This document shows positions 46,808 through 57,019 of a stretch of DNA of 64,000 nt, piece by piece; position 1 is the stretch's first letter; each line of letters starts with the position of its first letter. Source of the DNA: Dehalococcoidia bacterium (GTDB lineage: Bacteria; Chloroflexota; Dehalococcoidia; GIF9; UBA5629); the NCBI GenBank assembly GCA_034435835.1, contig DAOTWF010000017.1, forward strand, positions 79,617 through 143,616, written 5' to 3'. Below the pieces are notes generated by a model. That model was given only the letters and a program-made list of their open reading frames with translations. It did no database searches and was not told the DNA's origin. The translations under genes and the position numbers were made by a program.

Positions 46808-48091
46808 ATGTCGATAGTAGCGATTGTCGGTGCCCAGTGGGGCGATGAAGGTAAAGGCAAGATCGTCGACCTCCTCGCTGAGAGAACAGACGCTGTGGTA
46901 CGCTTCTCCGGAGGCGATAACGCTGGGCACACGGTGATAAATGCTTATGGAGAGTTCAGGCTCCACCTGGTGCCCTCAGGTATATTCCACCCGCACGTTG
47001 CCTGTATTATCGGCAATGGCGTGGCAATCAACCCAGCGGTGCTACTGGAGGAAATCGATAACCTGGAAAAGCATGGCGTGAAGGTGGACAACCTGCTCAT
47101 CAGCGACCGTGCGCACCTGACCATGCCCTATCACACGCTCCTCGATGGTCTCGAAGAGGAGCGTCGGGGTGAAAGGGCCATCGGCACCACCCGCAAAGGG
47201 ATCGGTCCCGTTTTTGCCGATAAAATAGCCCGCCTGGGAATCCGCACCTGTGATTTGCTGGACAGAAACGGGTTCCGCAGGCGGCTTGCCTCCGTGCTAG
47301 AACTCAAGAATGCACTCCTTACCAAAGTATATAATGTTCAGCCGCTCTCTCTGGACGAAATCTACCAGCAGTACTGTCAGTACGCACAGAGGCTCGCCCG
47401 CTTTATAACCGACACTAGCGATCTGTTAAACCGCATGGTTCTGGAGAACAAGAACATCCTTCTGGAAGGGGCACAGGGCACCCTACTCGACCCCGATTTT
47501 GGCACCTACCCGTATGTGACCTCTTCATCACCCCTGGCAGCAGGCGCCTCCCTAGGCACCGGCATAAGCCCCAGAAAAATCGACCAGGTCATCGGCGTCT
47601 TCAAAGCGTACACCACCCGTGTGGGCGGTGGTCCCATGCCCACGGAGCTCAAAGACAAGGTGGGGGAATTCATCAGAGAGCGGGCGCACGAGTACGGTGC
47701 GACCACCGGCAGGCCTCGCCGCTGTGGCTGGTTCGACGCCGTCGCCGGACGCTTCGCTACCGAGATCAACGGCTTCACCAGCATCGCCCTTACCCGCCTC
47801 GATGTCCTGGACGTCTTCGACTCGGTCAAGATATGCACCGCCTACAGGCTCAACGGCGAACTAATACGCCGGTTCCCCAGCGATGCCTCTGCTCTGGAAA
47901 AGTGTCAACCGGTATATGAAGAACTGCCGGGCTGGAAGGCACCGACCTCCCATATCCGCCAGGCCGCAGAGCTACCCTCGCAAGCCCGCCGCTATGTGGC
48001 ACGCATCGAAGAACTGCTCTCCTGCCCTGCAAGCATAATCTCAGTGGGCCCCAGCCGCGACCACACAATCATGGCCAAGGAGGTCTTTTAG
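46808..48091 (+). CDS. purA: adenylosuccinate synthase
   Basis: VGAQWGDEGKGKIVD, GGDNAGHTV, TTRKGIGP and GTTGRPRRCGW. Confidence 0.95.
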   Translation: MSIVAIVGAQWGDEGKGKIVDLLAERTDAVVRFSGGDNAGHTVINAYGEFRLHLVPSGIFHPHVACIIGNGVAINPAVLLEEIDNLEKHGVKVDNLLISDRAHLTMPYHTLLDGLEEERRGERAIGTTRKGIGPVFADKIARLGIRTCDLLDRNGFRRRLASVLELKNALLTKVYNVQPLSLDEIYQQYCQYAQRLARFITDTSDLLNRMVLENKNILLEGAQGTLLDPDFGTYPYVTSSSPLAAGASLGTGISPRKIDQVIGVFKAYTTRVGGGPMPTELKDKVGEFIRERAHEYGATTGRPRRCGWFDAVAGRFATEINGFTSIALTRLDVLDVFDSVKICTAYRLNGELIRRFPSDASALEKCQPVYEELPGWKAPTSHIRQAAELPSQARRYVARIEELLSCPASIISVGPSRDHTIMAKEVF

Positions 48092-48287
48092 CGCAGCGTG
48101 TGAACGCTGACTGCTATTCTGGCGGGGGATTGAAGGAACGCTACGAAACATAAAAGCTGGAGAAGGGGCTACCCAACCACGGGAAGATAGTTCCGACCGC
48201 AGGACTGTGACTTCGAAAAATCGCAATATTTTCTGTAAGCCGAGTCCCTTTTCTTAAAAAGGCGCTCACCTCGCCCAAGTGCAAAGG

Positions 48288-49181
48288 TTACGGAACCGGC
48301 AGGTCGATCTTGTAGTTCCTGACGGTCTGCTCGATTATAGCCTTCGATTTTTCATCTGGCTCCACCAAGGGAAGCCTGGGCTTACCCACATTAAACCCCA
48401 GATAGTTTAGGGCATACTTCAACGGAGTGGGATTGGACACGATAAACATGGCACTTACCAGTGGTAGGAGATTGTGGTGTATCGCTGCCGCCTTCTGGGT
48501 ATCGCCCTTAACACAGTATTCCATCATCTGCTTTATCTGAAGTCCCACCAGATGGGAGATAACGCTGATGACGCCGTAGCCATTCAAGCACATGATGTGG
48601 AAGGTATCGCCGTCATTGCCACTGTAGACCAGAAAGCCCTTTTTCGCCTTCTGGATGATGGTGGCGATCTGCTCAAAGTTGGCGCTAGCTTCCTTTATCC
48701 CGACGATGTTATCTATCTGGCTCAGCTTCACCGTAGTATCGGCGGAGAGGTTGGTCGCCGTCCGAGAGGGCACATTGTACAGTATACAGGGCAACCTGGT
48801 GGACTCGGCAATAGCCTTGAAATGCTGGTACAAGCCCTCCTGGGTGGGGCGGTTATAGTACGGCACCACCAAAAGGCAGCCGTCCACGCCGGTCTTCTCT
48901 GCCTCCCTGGTGAGCTCGATGCTTGCCTCGGTGCAGTAGTTGCCCGTGCCGGCGATCACCGTTCCTTTATTGCCCGCAGCCGATTTGACCTCAGCGAAGA
49001 GCCGCAGCTTCTCCTCTTTGGTCAGGGTAGGCGATTCGCCGGTGGTGCCTGAAACAACCACCCCGTCGCTACCCGAGTCGAGCAGCGCTTTAACCAGCTT
49101 CTTCGCCTGGGCATAGTCTACTTTCCCTTCAGTATCGAAGGGGGTGATCATTGCAGTCAGCAGCCTTCCGAACTGAGCCAT
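48288..49181 (-). CDS. dapA: 4-hydroxy-tetrahydrodipicolinate synthase
   Basis: TAMITPF...VDY......L...G.DG.VVSGTTGES.TL; YNVP.RT; the active-site Lys region IVGIKEAS. Confidence 0.9.
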   Translation of the reverse strand: MAQFGRLLTAMITPFDTEGKVDYAQAKKLVKALLDSGSDGVVVSGTTGESPTLTKEEKLRLFAEVKSAAGNKGTVIAGTGNYCTEASIELTREAEKTGVDGCLLVVPYYNRPTQEGLYQHFKAIAESTRLPCILYNVPSRTATNLSADTTVKLSQIDNIVGIKEASANFEQIATIIQKAKKGFLVYSGNDGDTFHIMCLNGYGVISVISHLVGLQIKQMMEYCVKGDTQKAAAIHHNLLPLVSAMFIVSNPTPLKYALNYLGFNVGKPRLPLVEPDEKSKAIIEQTVRNYKIDLPVP

Positions 49182-49195
49182 GGTTTCCCTCCAAA

Positions 49196-50227
49196 TTAGA
49201 TTTTACTTTTCTTTTTCACCCAGTCCCGTTTGATCGCCTCTTCGGCTATCTGGATGGCGTTCAAAGCAGCCCCTTTGCGCAGGTTGTCAGCAACTATCCA
49301 CATCACCAGCGCCCTAGGGCTGGAGACATCGGCACGGATGCGCCCCACGTAGACATGGTCCGTCCCCGCAGCCAGCCAGGGCTGGGGATAAAGGCTGACG
49401 CTGGGGTCGTCCAGCACCTTGACCCCGGGAGCCCTCGCCAGTATACTTCTAGCTTCCTCGGGGCTAATTGGGTTGGCGAACTCTGCGTTTACCGCCTCGC
49501 TGTGGCCAATAAATACCGGCACCCGGACGCAGGTCGCAGATATGGCTATATCTTCAGCATGCATTATCTTCTTCGTCTCCTCCACCATCTTCCACTCCTC
49601 TTTAGTATAGCCATTATCAAGGAAGACATCTATTTCGGGCAGCAAGTTGAAGGCGATCTGGTGCGGATAGACATGGGGCACCACACTCTGCCCCTCCAGT
49701 ATCAACTTGGTCTGGGTGGTCAGTTCCTCCACAGCAGCCGCCCCGGTGCCGGACACCGACTGGTAGGTTGAGACCACGATACGCTTTATGGGGTTGACCT
49801 TGTGCAGCGGGTACAGAGCCACCACCAGCTGAATCGTGGAGCAATTGGGGTTGGCGATGATCCCCTCGTGCCACCTTATGTCCTCAGGGTTCACCTCGGG
49901 GACGACCAGCGGCACCTTGGGATCCATCCTCCATGCAGCGCTGTTATCGATGACCAGCGCCCCGTTCTTGGCTGCTAGCGGTGAAAAATAGCGGCTGACC
50001 TCGGAGCCTGCAGAAAACAGGGCGATATCAGTGTCATGAAAAGAATCAGGGCTTGTCTCCTGAACCTCTAGCTCCTGATGCCCAAAGAAGAGCTTCTTGC
50101 CAACTGAGCGGTCTGAGGCATAAAGCTTGACCGAGGCGACAGGGAAATTACGCTGCTGCAGGATCTTGATAAACTCCTGCCCCACCATACCAGTAGCGCC
50201 GACGATCGCCACATTGTATGTCCTCAT
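49196..50227 (-). CDS. asd: aspartate-semialdehyde dehydrogenase
   Basis: VAIVGATGMVGQEF, NPNCSTIQLV (active-site Cys), SGTG. Confidence 0.9.
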   Translation of the reverse strand: MRTYNVAIVGATGMVGQEFIKILQQRNFPVASVKLYASDRSVGKKLFFGHQELEVQETSPDSFHDTDIALFSAGSEVSRYFSPLAAKNGALVIDNSAAWRMDPKVPLVVPEVNPEDIRWHEGIIANPNCSTIQLVVALYPLHKVNPIKRIVVSTYQSVSGTGAAAVEELTTQTKLILEGQSVVPHVYPHQIAFNLLPEIDVFLDNGYTKEEWKMVEETKKIMHAEDIAISATCVRVPVFIGHSEAVNAEFANPISPEEARSILARAPGVKVLDDPSVSLYPQPWLAAGTDHVYVGRIRADVSSPRALVMWIVADNLRKGAALNAIQIAEEAIKRDWVKKKSKI

Positions 50228-51033
50228 GGGCCCCCCTTCAGATCAAGTAGACTGTCCAGACCGTATATCAGCCCCTTTCGCCTCACCACCTCCTTTATAG
50301 CCAGCATAACACCTGGCATGTAGCATTCACGGTTCAGGGCATCATGCCTCAAAGTCAGTGTCTGCCCCTGGGCACCGAAGACCACCTCCTGGCTTGCCAT
50401 CAAACCCAGCAGCCTCACGCTGTGGATGGCAATCCCCTCCACCTGCCCTCCGCGGGTGCCGCTGAGCGTCTCCTTTTTGGTCACCGGGTAGACAAAGGGC
50501 TTGCCCCTTGCCTCCACCATCGCCTGTGCTGTAGCCAGTGCGGTGCCAGAAGGGGCATCGGCCTTCTCATGATGGTGCAGCTCGATTATCTCAGCATAAT
50601 CAAAAAACCTAGCAGCGATCTTTGCCAGGTGGAGCAATACCACTGAACCCAGAGCGAAATTGGGGGCGACCACCGCCCCAACTCCATTACCCTTAGCCAG
50701 GCGGTCAATTTCCTCCAGATTGTCGCGAGTAAGCCCTGAAGTGCCGATGACCACATTTATGCCCTGCTTCAGCGCCAGGCGTACTGCTGACATAGCCGCC
50801 TCGGCAATGGAGAAATCGACCACCACCCCGGGCTTGCAGCGTTTCAGCGCCGATTCTAGGTCTCTGGACAGCGGCACTGTCTTTGAGCCGTCGGGGAGCA
50901 CCAGTTGCTCCTCCGTGGCTTTGATATCCACCGCGCCAACCATCTCCAGCTCCCTGTCGCGGCAGACGGCTGCCGTGACCTCCCTGCCCATTTTGCCTAA
51001 AGCTCCGTGAATCAGTACTGCAATCGCCTCCAT
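50224..51033 (-). CDS. dapB: 4-hydroxy-tetrahydrodipicolinate reductase
   Basis: HGALGKMGREV, IGTSGL, and ELHHHEKADAPSGTA, a variant of the HH..K.DAPSGTA signature. 4-nt overlap with asd. Confidence 0.9.
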   Translation of the reverse strand: MEAIAVLIHGALGKMGREVTAAVCRDRELEMVGAVDIKATEEQLVLPDGSKTVPLSRDLESALKRCKPGVVVDFSIAEAAMSAVRLALKQGINVVIGTSGLTRDNLEEIDRLAKGNGVGAVVAPNFALGSVVLLHLAKIAARFFDYAEIIELHHHEKADAPSGTALATAQAMVEARGKPFVYPVTKKETLSGTRGGQVEGIAIHSVRLLGLMASQEVVFGAQGQTLTLRHDALNRECYMPGVMLAIKEVVRRKGLIYGLDSLLDLKGGP

Positions 51034-51062
51034 CTCAACCCCCTGCCGATTCAGTAACTTTA

Positions 51063-53270
51063 CTACTTGCGACCGTGCTGGCGGTTATCGCGGCCCAGTC
51101 TTCCCCGTGCCGGCATCCGCCTTCTTTCCCGCTGTGGCTCACGGCTGGTGCCGGTGGAAGAGTCCATCAGCCGGGCTCCCCTTATCTGCGACAGGTCGGA
51201 GAACACCGCCCTCCGGGAAAGGTTTATCCTCCCCAAGTTGTCTATCTCGATTACCTTAACCATAATCTCATCGCCCACCTTTACCACATCCTCCACCTTA
51301 CCCACCCTGTGGTCAGCCAGTTCACTTATCCGCACCAGCCCTTCCTTGCCAGGAAGTATCTCAACGAAAGCACCGAAGCTGGAAACACGGGTCACCTTGC
51401 CGGTGTACACAGCACCCACTTCAACATCGCGCGTCAGGCCTTCTATCCTGGCAATCGCCTCCAGCGCCGCTTCCCTGTTCGGCGAGGCTATGATCACCGT
51501 GCCATCGCCCTCAATATCAATGCTGGTCACCTTGGTCTCGTCGATTATCGACCTAATCACCTTGCCTCCGGGGCCGATCACGGCGCCGATCTTTGCCGGG
51601 TCGATGCTGATGCGGTACATCCTTGGGGCATAAGGGCTCAGCTCAGGGCGGCTGGCGCTTATCGTCTGCTGCATCTTCTCCAGTATCTCAGAATGCGCCT
51701 CCCGTGCCTGCCTTATCGCCTCAGCTATGATATTCTCACTGATACCCCGCAGTTTTATATCGAGCTGCAGGGCTGTAATCCCTTTGGCTGTGCCAGCCAC
51801 CTTAAAGTCCATGTCCCCGTGGGCATCTTCCTTCCCCTCGATGTCGGTCAGGATGATATATTCACCGCCGTCCCCGGTTACCAGCCCCATGGCTATCCCA
51901 GCCACCGGCACCTTGATGGGGACGCCGGCATCCATCAGCGATAGGGAGGAGCTGCAGACGCTTGCCATGGAGGTGCTGCCATTGGAGCTGAGCACCTCGG
52001 AAACAAGGCGTATGGTATAGGAGAACTCCTCATCGCTCGGTATCACTGGCAGCAGTGCCCTCTCCGCCAGCGCACCGTGGCCAATCTCACGCCGACTGGG
52101 TGACCCCAACCGCCTGACCTCACCGGTGGAGAACGGCGGGAAATTGTAATGGTGCATGAAGCGCTTTGCCTCTTCCAGCCCCAGACCGTCCAATAACTGT
52201 TCCTGCCTAGGTGAACCTAAAGTGGTGATGGTCAGGACCTGGGTAAGCCCCCGCATAAACAGCCCCGAGCCATGCGTCCGTGGCAATATCCCCACCTCAC
52301 AGGTTATGGGCCTTATCGCCCGGGGCGGACGACCGTCTATATGCCGTTTTTCCTGAAGTATCTTTGCCCTGACCGCCTTTCTGGTCTCGTTTTCCAGCAC
52401 CGCCAGAATATCAGCCTCAGCAAAGATGTCCTTCAGTCTTTCCACAGCTTCCCGCCTCACCTCCTCGAGCACATTATCCCGCTCCAGCCTGTCAGCATGG
52501 CTGATGGCAGCGGCAATCCTAGGAGCGAATTCTGACGAAATGGCCGCCACCAGCTCTGGGGGAAATTCGAGTGCTTTGACCTCTATTTTCGGCTTGCCGT
52601 AGGCGGCACGGAGTTCCTCCTGGAGCTTGAGGATGTCCTGGTTTGCTTCATGGCCAAACCTAATAGCCTGCAGGACTATGTCCTCCGGCGCTTCCTTAGC
52701 CCCCGCCTCCACCATCACGATGGCTTCTCTGGTACTGGCAATCACTATGTCAATCAGGCTGCTGGTTATCTGGGGTAAAAGCGGGTTGAGCACCAGCCTA
52801 CCATCAATGTAACCCACCCTGACCGCTGACACCGGTCCATAAAAGGGAATGGACGAAAGGTGTACGGCAGCCGAGGCACCGATTACAGCCAGTATATCGG
52901 GGTCGTTCTCTTGGTCGGTGGACAGGACGGTAACTATTATCTGAATGTCATTATGAAAGTTTTTGTCAAACAGCGGACGGAGGCTGCGGTCAGTTAACCT
53001 TCCAGCCAGGGTGGCTTCCTCACCGGGACGCCCCTCGCGGCGGATGAAGCTGCCTGGGATCTTGCCCACGGCATAATGTCTCTCCTCATAGTCCACGGTG
53101 AGCGGAACAAAGTCAACTCCTTCGCGGGGCTCACTGCTGACACACACGGTGGCTAAGATTACCGTGTCACCATAGCGGACAGTGACAGCGCTTTCAGCCT
53201 GCTGGGCTAATTTGCCAGTCTCGATTGTCAGCACCCGACCCCCGACCGTACACTGACCAGAATAAGCCAT
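51063..53270 (-). CDS. pnp: polyribonucleotide nucleotidyltransferase (PNPase)
   Basis: Two RNase PH domains, a KH domain (IGAVIGPGGKVIRSI) and an S1 domain (VYTGKVTRVSSFGAFVEILPGKEGLVRISEL). R/G-rich basic tail. Confidence 0.95.
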   Translation of the reverse strand: MAYSGQCTVGGRVLTIETGKLAQQAESAVTVRYGDTVILATVCVSSEPREGVDFVPLTVDYEERHYAVGKIPGSFIRREGRPGEEATLAGRLTDRSLRPLFDKNFHNDIQIIVTVLSTDQENDPDILAVIGASAAVHLSSIPFYGPVSAVRVGYIDGRLVLNPLLPQITSSLIDIVIASTREAIVMVEAGAKEAPEDIVLQAIRFGHEANQDILKLQEELRAAYGKPKIEVKALEFPPELVAAISSEFAPRIAAAISHADRLERDNVLEEVRREAVERLKDIFAEADILAVLENETRKAVRAKILQEKRHIDGRPPRAIRPITCEVGILPRTHGSGLFMRGLTQVLTITTLGSPRQEQLLDGLGLEEAKRFMHHYNFPPFSTGEVRRLGSPSRREIGHGALAERALLPVIPSDEEFSYTIRLVSEVLSSNGSTSMASVCSSSLSLMDAGVPIKVPVAGIAMGLVTGDGGEYIILTDIEGKEDAHGDMDFKVAGTAKGITALQLDIKLRGISENIIAEAIRQAREAHSEILEKMQQTISASRPELSPYAPRMYRISIDPAKIGAVIGPGGKVIRSIIDETKVTSIDIEGDGTVIIASPNREAALEAIARIEGLTRDVEVGAVYTGKVTRVSSFGAFVEILPGKEGLVRISELADHRVGKVEDVVKVGDEIMVKVIEIDNLGRINLSRRAVFSDLSQIRGARLMDSSTGTSREPQRERRRMPARGRLGRDNRQHGRK

Positions 53271-53289
53271 GCTCCCCCCGGCGGCATCT

Positions 53290-53553
53290 CTACTTTCTCA
53301 GCCCCAACCTGCCGATGACATCCCGATAGCGCTGCACATCTTCCCTAGCAAGGTAGGCAAGCAACCGCCTCCGGCGACCGATCAATTTCATCAGTCCGCG
53401 CTGCGTGTGGTGGTCATGCCGGTGTAACTTCAGGTGCTCGGCAAGGCGGTTTATCCTCTCGGTAAGCAGCGCAACCTGCACCTCGGTCGAGCCGGTATCT
53501 TTGTCGTGCTTCTTAAAGTCCGAGATTAGAGCTGCTTTTTTCTCCTTCTCCAA
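53290..53553 (-). CDS. rpsO: 30S ribosomal protein S15
   Basis: [28 protein letters not shown]...IG.RRRLL.YL. Confidence 0.95.
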   Translation of the reverse strand: MEKEKKAALISDFKKHDKDTGSTEVQVALLTERINRLAEHLKLHRHDHHTQRGLMKLIGRRRRLLAYLAREDVQRYRDVIGRLGLRK

Positions 53554-53639
53554 ACCTACTCTCCTTATGTGTTCGCTTATGAAACCAAATTATAACACAC
53601 GCCAGAAAACAATGCACCACGCTTTAGCCACGGGGACGC

Positions 53640-55259
53640 ATGGAGTATAATAAAGAGCAAATGGCCTCTCAGGTTTTCTACCGCAAATGGCGCCCCCAGA
53701 GGCTCTCCGAGATAGTGGGGCAGGAACACGTGACCACAACCCTCAAGCATGCCATCGCCAGCGGACATATTGCCCATGCCTATCTCTTCTGTGGGCCACG
53801 GGGTACCGGCAAGACCAGCACCGGACGCATCCTAGCTAAAGCAATAAACTGCCTTCAGCCCGAGGATGGCGAGCCGTGCAACAATTGCACTGTCTGCACT
53901 GCGATCAATCAGAACAGCCTGCCCGATGTCATCGAGATAGATGCTGCCAGCCACCGCGGCATCGACGAAATCCGTTCCTTAAGGGAGAAGGTGAATTACG
54001 CTCCCAGTATAGCCAGGTACAAAGTCTATATCATAGACGAAGTACATATGATAACAAAAGAGGCGTCCAACGCGTTCCTTAAGACCCTGGAGGAGCCTCC
54101 GGAACACGTAAAGTTTGTCCTGGCAACCACCGAGCCCCACAAAGTCCTGCCCACCATTATGTCGCGCTGCCAGCGCTTTGATTTCCGCCGTCTCTCCAGC
54201 GCAGCGCTGAGCACCAAACTTGAGCTCATCTGTCAGAAAGAAGGCATTGAAATCGAACCCCAAGCATTAGCCCTGCTCGCCCGCTCCACCGCTGGCAGCC
54301 TGCGCGATGCTGAAAACCTGCTGGAACAACTTGCCATTTACTACGGGCGTAAGATAGGGCTCGATCAGGTCAGGGATCTGCTGGGCATCTCCGGTGACCC
54401 GCGCATCAAGGAGCTGGCAAAGCACATCATAGACAGAAATGTCACCGCAGGGCTGAAGACTATAAACAGCGTCGCCAGCGATGGCATAGACCTGCGCCAG
54501 TTTGCTCGCGAGCTTGTGGACTATCTGCGCCGGTTGCTGCTGGTAAAATCCGGAGCTGACGAAGCGGTGGACGCCGCCACCGATGACCTCGCCGAGATGA
54601 AATCGCTGACCTCTCCTATTAGCCTGGAATACCTGGCTTCAGCGGTGAAGCGCTTCAGCGAGATTGACCTGCGTTTGGACAACTATTCGCCGCTGCCCCT
54701 GGAGCTGGCGCTGGTCGATTGCAGCCTGTTCAGTGCTACCCCAGCCGCACCCGGGACAGCAGCCAAGGTCGCCGAGGAAAAACAGCCGGTGCTAGCATCC
54801 GCCAGAAAAACGTCCGAGGCTGAGCCGGCACCACCACCAGCGCCGCTACAGACGCATCCCCGCAGCCCATCGCCGGAGATAAAGTCTTCGCCGGAGCTGG
54901 ATCACATCCGCAGCCACTGGAAAGAGTTCATACAGGCGCTCCGTGGCGAGGGTTCCAGCGGCAATCTCGACGCCTTCCTGCGCAGCGCCTGCGAGCCCAT
55001 CGCTGTGGAGGACGATACCCTGGTCCTGGGCTTTTACTGGGAAATGCACAGGTCGAAAATCGATGACCTCAAGTACAAACACCTGGTGGAGAAAAAACTG
55101 AAGGAGGTGTTCGGGCGACCCTACAGGTTGCGCTGCGTCCTCACCCCCAAGAGTGCCAAAGCTTACTCCAGACAAGAGGCAAACATCCCCCTGGTGAGGG
55201 CTGCCCTAGAAAGGGGAGCGACATTCGTAGACGAAGAAACGGAAACAGGAGGCAAATGA
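53640..55259 (+). CDS. dnaX: DNA polymerase III subunit gamma/tau
   Basis: YRKWRPQRLSEIVGQEHV...HAYLFCGPRGTGKTS, Zn module CNNCTVC, IIDEVHM, SRCQRF. An alternative ATG start at 53661 (MASQVFYRKWRP) is plausible. Confidence 0.9.
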   Translation: MEYNKEQMASQVFYRKWRPQRLSEIVGQEHVTTTLKHAIASGHIAHAYLFCGPRGTGKTSTGRILAKAINCLQPEDGEPCNNCTVCTAINQNSLPDVIEIDAASHRGIDEIRSLREKVNYAPSIARYKVYIIDEVHMITKEASNAFLKTLEEPPEHVKFVLATTEPHKVLPTIMSRCQRFDFRRLSSAALSTKLELICQKEGIEIEPQALALLARSTAGSLRDAENLLEQLAIYYGRKIGLDQVRDLLGISGDPRIKELAKHIIDRNVTAGLKTINSVASDGIDLRQFARELVDYLRRLLLVKSGADEAVDAATDDLAEMKSLTSPISLEYLASAVKRFSEIDLRLDNYSPLPLELALVDCSLFSATPAAPGTAAKVAEEKQPVLASARKTSEAEPAPPPAPLQTHPRSPSPEIKSSPELDHIRSHWKEFIQALRGEGSSGNLDAFLRSACEPIAVEDDTLVLGFYWEMHRSKIDDLKYKHLVEKKLKEVFGRPYRLRCVLTPKSAKAYSRQEANIPLVRAALERGATFVDEETETGGK

Positions 55260-55561
55260 ACAAGTTTTTCTTGAAACAGGCGCAGGAATTGCAGGCAAAG
55301 TTGGCCAAGGCACAGCAGGAGCTGGCAGAGATGACCACCGAAGCCACCTCGGGCGGCGGAGCCGTCAGGGTGGTCATCGATGGTCAGCAGAGAGTCCGTT
55401 CGGTAGACATTTCGCCCGAAGTGGTAAATGCCGAAGATGTGGAACTTCTCGAGGACATGGTGTTGACCGCGGTCAACGAAGCTATTCGAAAATCACAGGA
55501 AATGGCTGCCAGCCACCTGAGCAGCTTGACCGGTGGCTTGAAAATGCCGGGGCTGCCCTGA
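55256..55561 (+). CDS. ybaB: YbaB/EbfC-family nucleoid-associated protein
   Basis: [18 protein letters not shown]......[26 protein letters not shown]...[14 protein letters not shown]. Classic dnaX-ybaB-recR order. Confidence 0.85.
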   Translation: MNKFFLKQAQELQAKLAKAQQELAEMTTEATSGGGAVRVVIDGQQRVRSVDISPEVVNAEDVELLEDMVLTAVNEAIRKSQEMAASHLSSLTGGLKMPGLP

Positions 55562-55574
55562 GGAGGCAACGCCG

Positions 55575-56183
55575 TTGAGTGGTACTTCCTACGCGGCTGA
55601 GCCCATAGCCAGGCTCATCGAGGAACTGAACAGGCTGCCGGGCATAGGTCCCAAAAGTGCCCAGCGGCTCACCTTCTACCTGCTAAGGGCGCCGGCAGAA
55701 CAGGTTGAGGCGCTGGCTGAAGCCATAAAGGCACTCAAGGAGAGGCTGCGGCTGTGTTCCATCTGCCTCAATATCACCGATTCCGACCCCTGTACTATTT
55801 GCAGCGACCTGGAGCGTGACCGCACACAAATATGTGTGGTCGAAGAGCCTATAGACATACTCCCTCTGGAGCGGACGAGAAAGTACCGGGGTCTGTACCA
55901 TGTTCTCCACGGCGTCATTGCGCCCAGCGAAGGCATCGGTCCCGAGGAGCTCAAAATCAAGGAACTGCTCACCCGTCTAAAAAATAGCCAGGTTGCCGAG
56001 GTGATCCTGGCTACCAATCCCAATCTTGAAGGAGAAGCCACCGCCATGTACCTGCAGCGGCTGATAGCACCGCTGGGGATAAAGGTCACCCGACTTGCCC
56101 GCGGACTGCCCTACGGCGGCGACCTGGAATATGCCGATGACGTCACCTTAAGTCGCGCCCTCGAAGGCAGACAAGAAATGTGA
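55575..56183 (+). CDS. recR: recombination protein RecR
   Basis: [24 protein letters not shown]; Cys4 zinc finger C.IC.N......C.IC; Toprim VVEEP.D; [15 protein letters not shown] start. Confidence 0.9.
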   Translation: MSGTSYAAEPIARLIEELNRLPGIGPKSAQRLTFYLLRAPAEQVEALAEAIKALKERLRLCSICLNITDSDPCTICSDLERDRTQICVVEEPIDILPLERTRKYRGLYHVLHGVIAPSEGIGPEELKIKELLTRLKNSQVAEVILATNPNLEGEATAMYLQRLIAPLGIKVTRLARGLPYGGDLEYADDVTLSRALEGRQEM

Positions 56184-56198
56184 GCCTTTTAGACAGCG

Positions 56199-56984
56199 AT
56201 GCCGTCTCCCAGGGTATACCAGACAGAAGCCATCATCATCAGGCGGACCAACTTGGGGGAAGCTGACAGGATACTCACCCTGTACACGCGTGACCTGGGC
56301 AAGATAAGGGCGGTGGCTAAAGGGGTGCGCCGTCCCCAGAGCAAACTGGGGGGACACGTGGAACTGCTCACCTGTAGCCGCCTAATGCTCGCCCGGGGCC
56401 GCAGTCTGGACATCATCACTCAGGCGCAGACCATCGCCAACTTCCTGCCCCTAAAGGATGACCTGGAACGTGCCGCCAGCGGTCTCTACGTGGCTGAACT
56501 GGTCGATGCCTTCACCGCAGAACGTGCCGAAGACCCAGCCCTCTTCGACTTGCTTGTGGACATCCTCGCCCATTTGGCACAGTCCCCCCGCACCGACATC
56601 GTGCTGCGCTACGCTGAACTGCAACTGCTATCACAGGCGGGCTATCGCCCTGAGCTCCAGCGCTGTGGCAACTGCAAAGCGCCGCTGCAGCCGCGCGCCA
56701 ACTTCTTCAGCCCCAGCCACGGTGGAGTGCTTTGTCACATTTGCGGTTACCATGAGCCGCGGGCACACCCCCTGTCCCTCAACGCCCTGAAGGTGCTCCG
56801 TTTCTGGCAGAGCTGCGACTTCGCCACCGCTGAAAAGGTGAAACTGGACAGGGAGCTTGCTCTTGAACTGGAGACGGTGCTGCAAGAATACATCCGCTTC
56901 CTGCTGGAAAGAGAGCTGAAATCGGTCACCTGGCTGGAAAGGCTAAAGCACCTGCCGCACAAACCGTCCCCACGCCCAAGCTAG
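56199..56984 (+). CDS. recO: DNA repair protein RecO
   Basis: TEAIIIRRTNLGEADRILTLYTRDLGKIRAVAKGVRRP.SKL; zinc motif C..C...........GG..C..C. Confidence 0.85.
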   Translation: MPSPRVYQTEAIIIRRTNLGEADRILTLYTRDLGKIRAVAKGVRRPQSKLGGHVELLTCSRLMLARGRSLDIITQAQTIANFLPLKDDLERAASGLYVAELVDAFTAERAEDPALFDLLVDILAHLAQSPRTDIVLRYAELQLLSQAGYRPELQRCGNCKAPLQPRANFFSPSHGGVLCHICGYHEPRAHPLSLNALKVLRFWQSCDFATAEKVKLDRELALELETVLQEYIRFLLERELKSVTWLERLKHLPHKPSPRPS

Positions 56985-57019
56985 GAAACCGGGGACATGC
57001 CTGACACCACTGGAACCGC

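Noticed and set aside
53554-53639. Checked for an SRP (4.5S/ffs) RNA, which often sits just upstream of dnaX.
   Set aside because: The 86-nt spacer shows no SRP domain-IV-like symmetric loop or extended helix. It looks like an ordinary divergent promoter region for rpsO and dnaX.
55088-55105. A-run (GAGAAAAAACTG) in dnaX, as a possible programmed -1 frameshift site for a gamma subunit.
   Set aside because: It lies near the very 3' end of the gene rather than after domain III. It is not an A-AAA-AAG heptamer, and I saw no downstream stem-loop.
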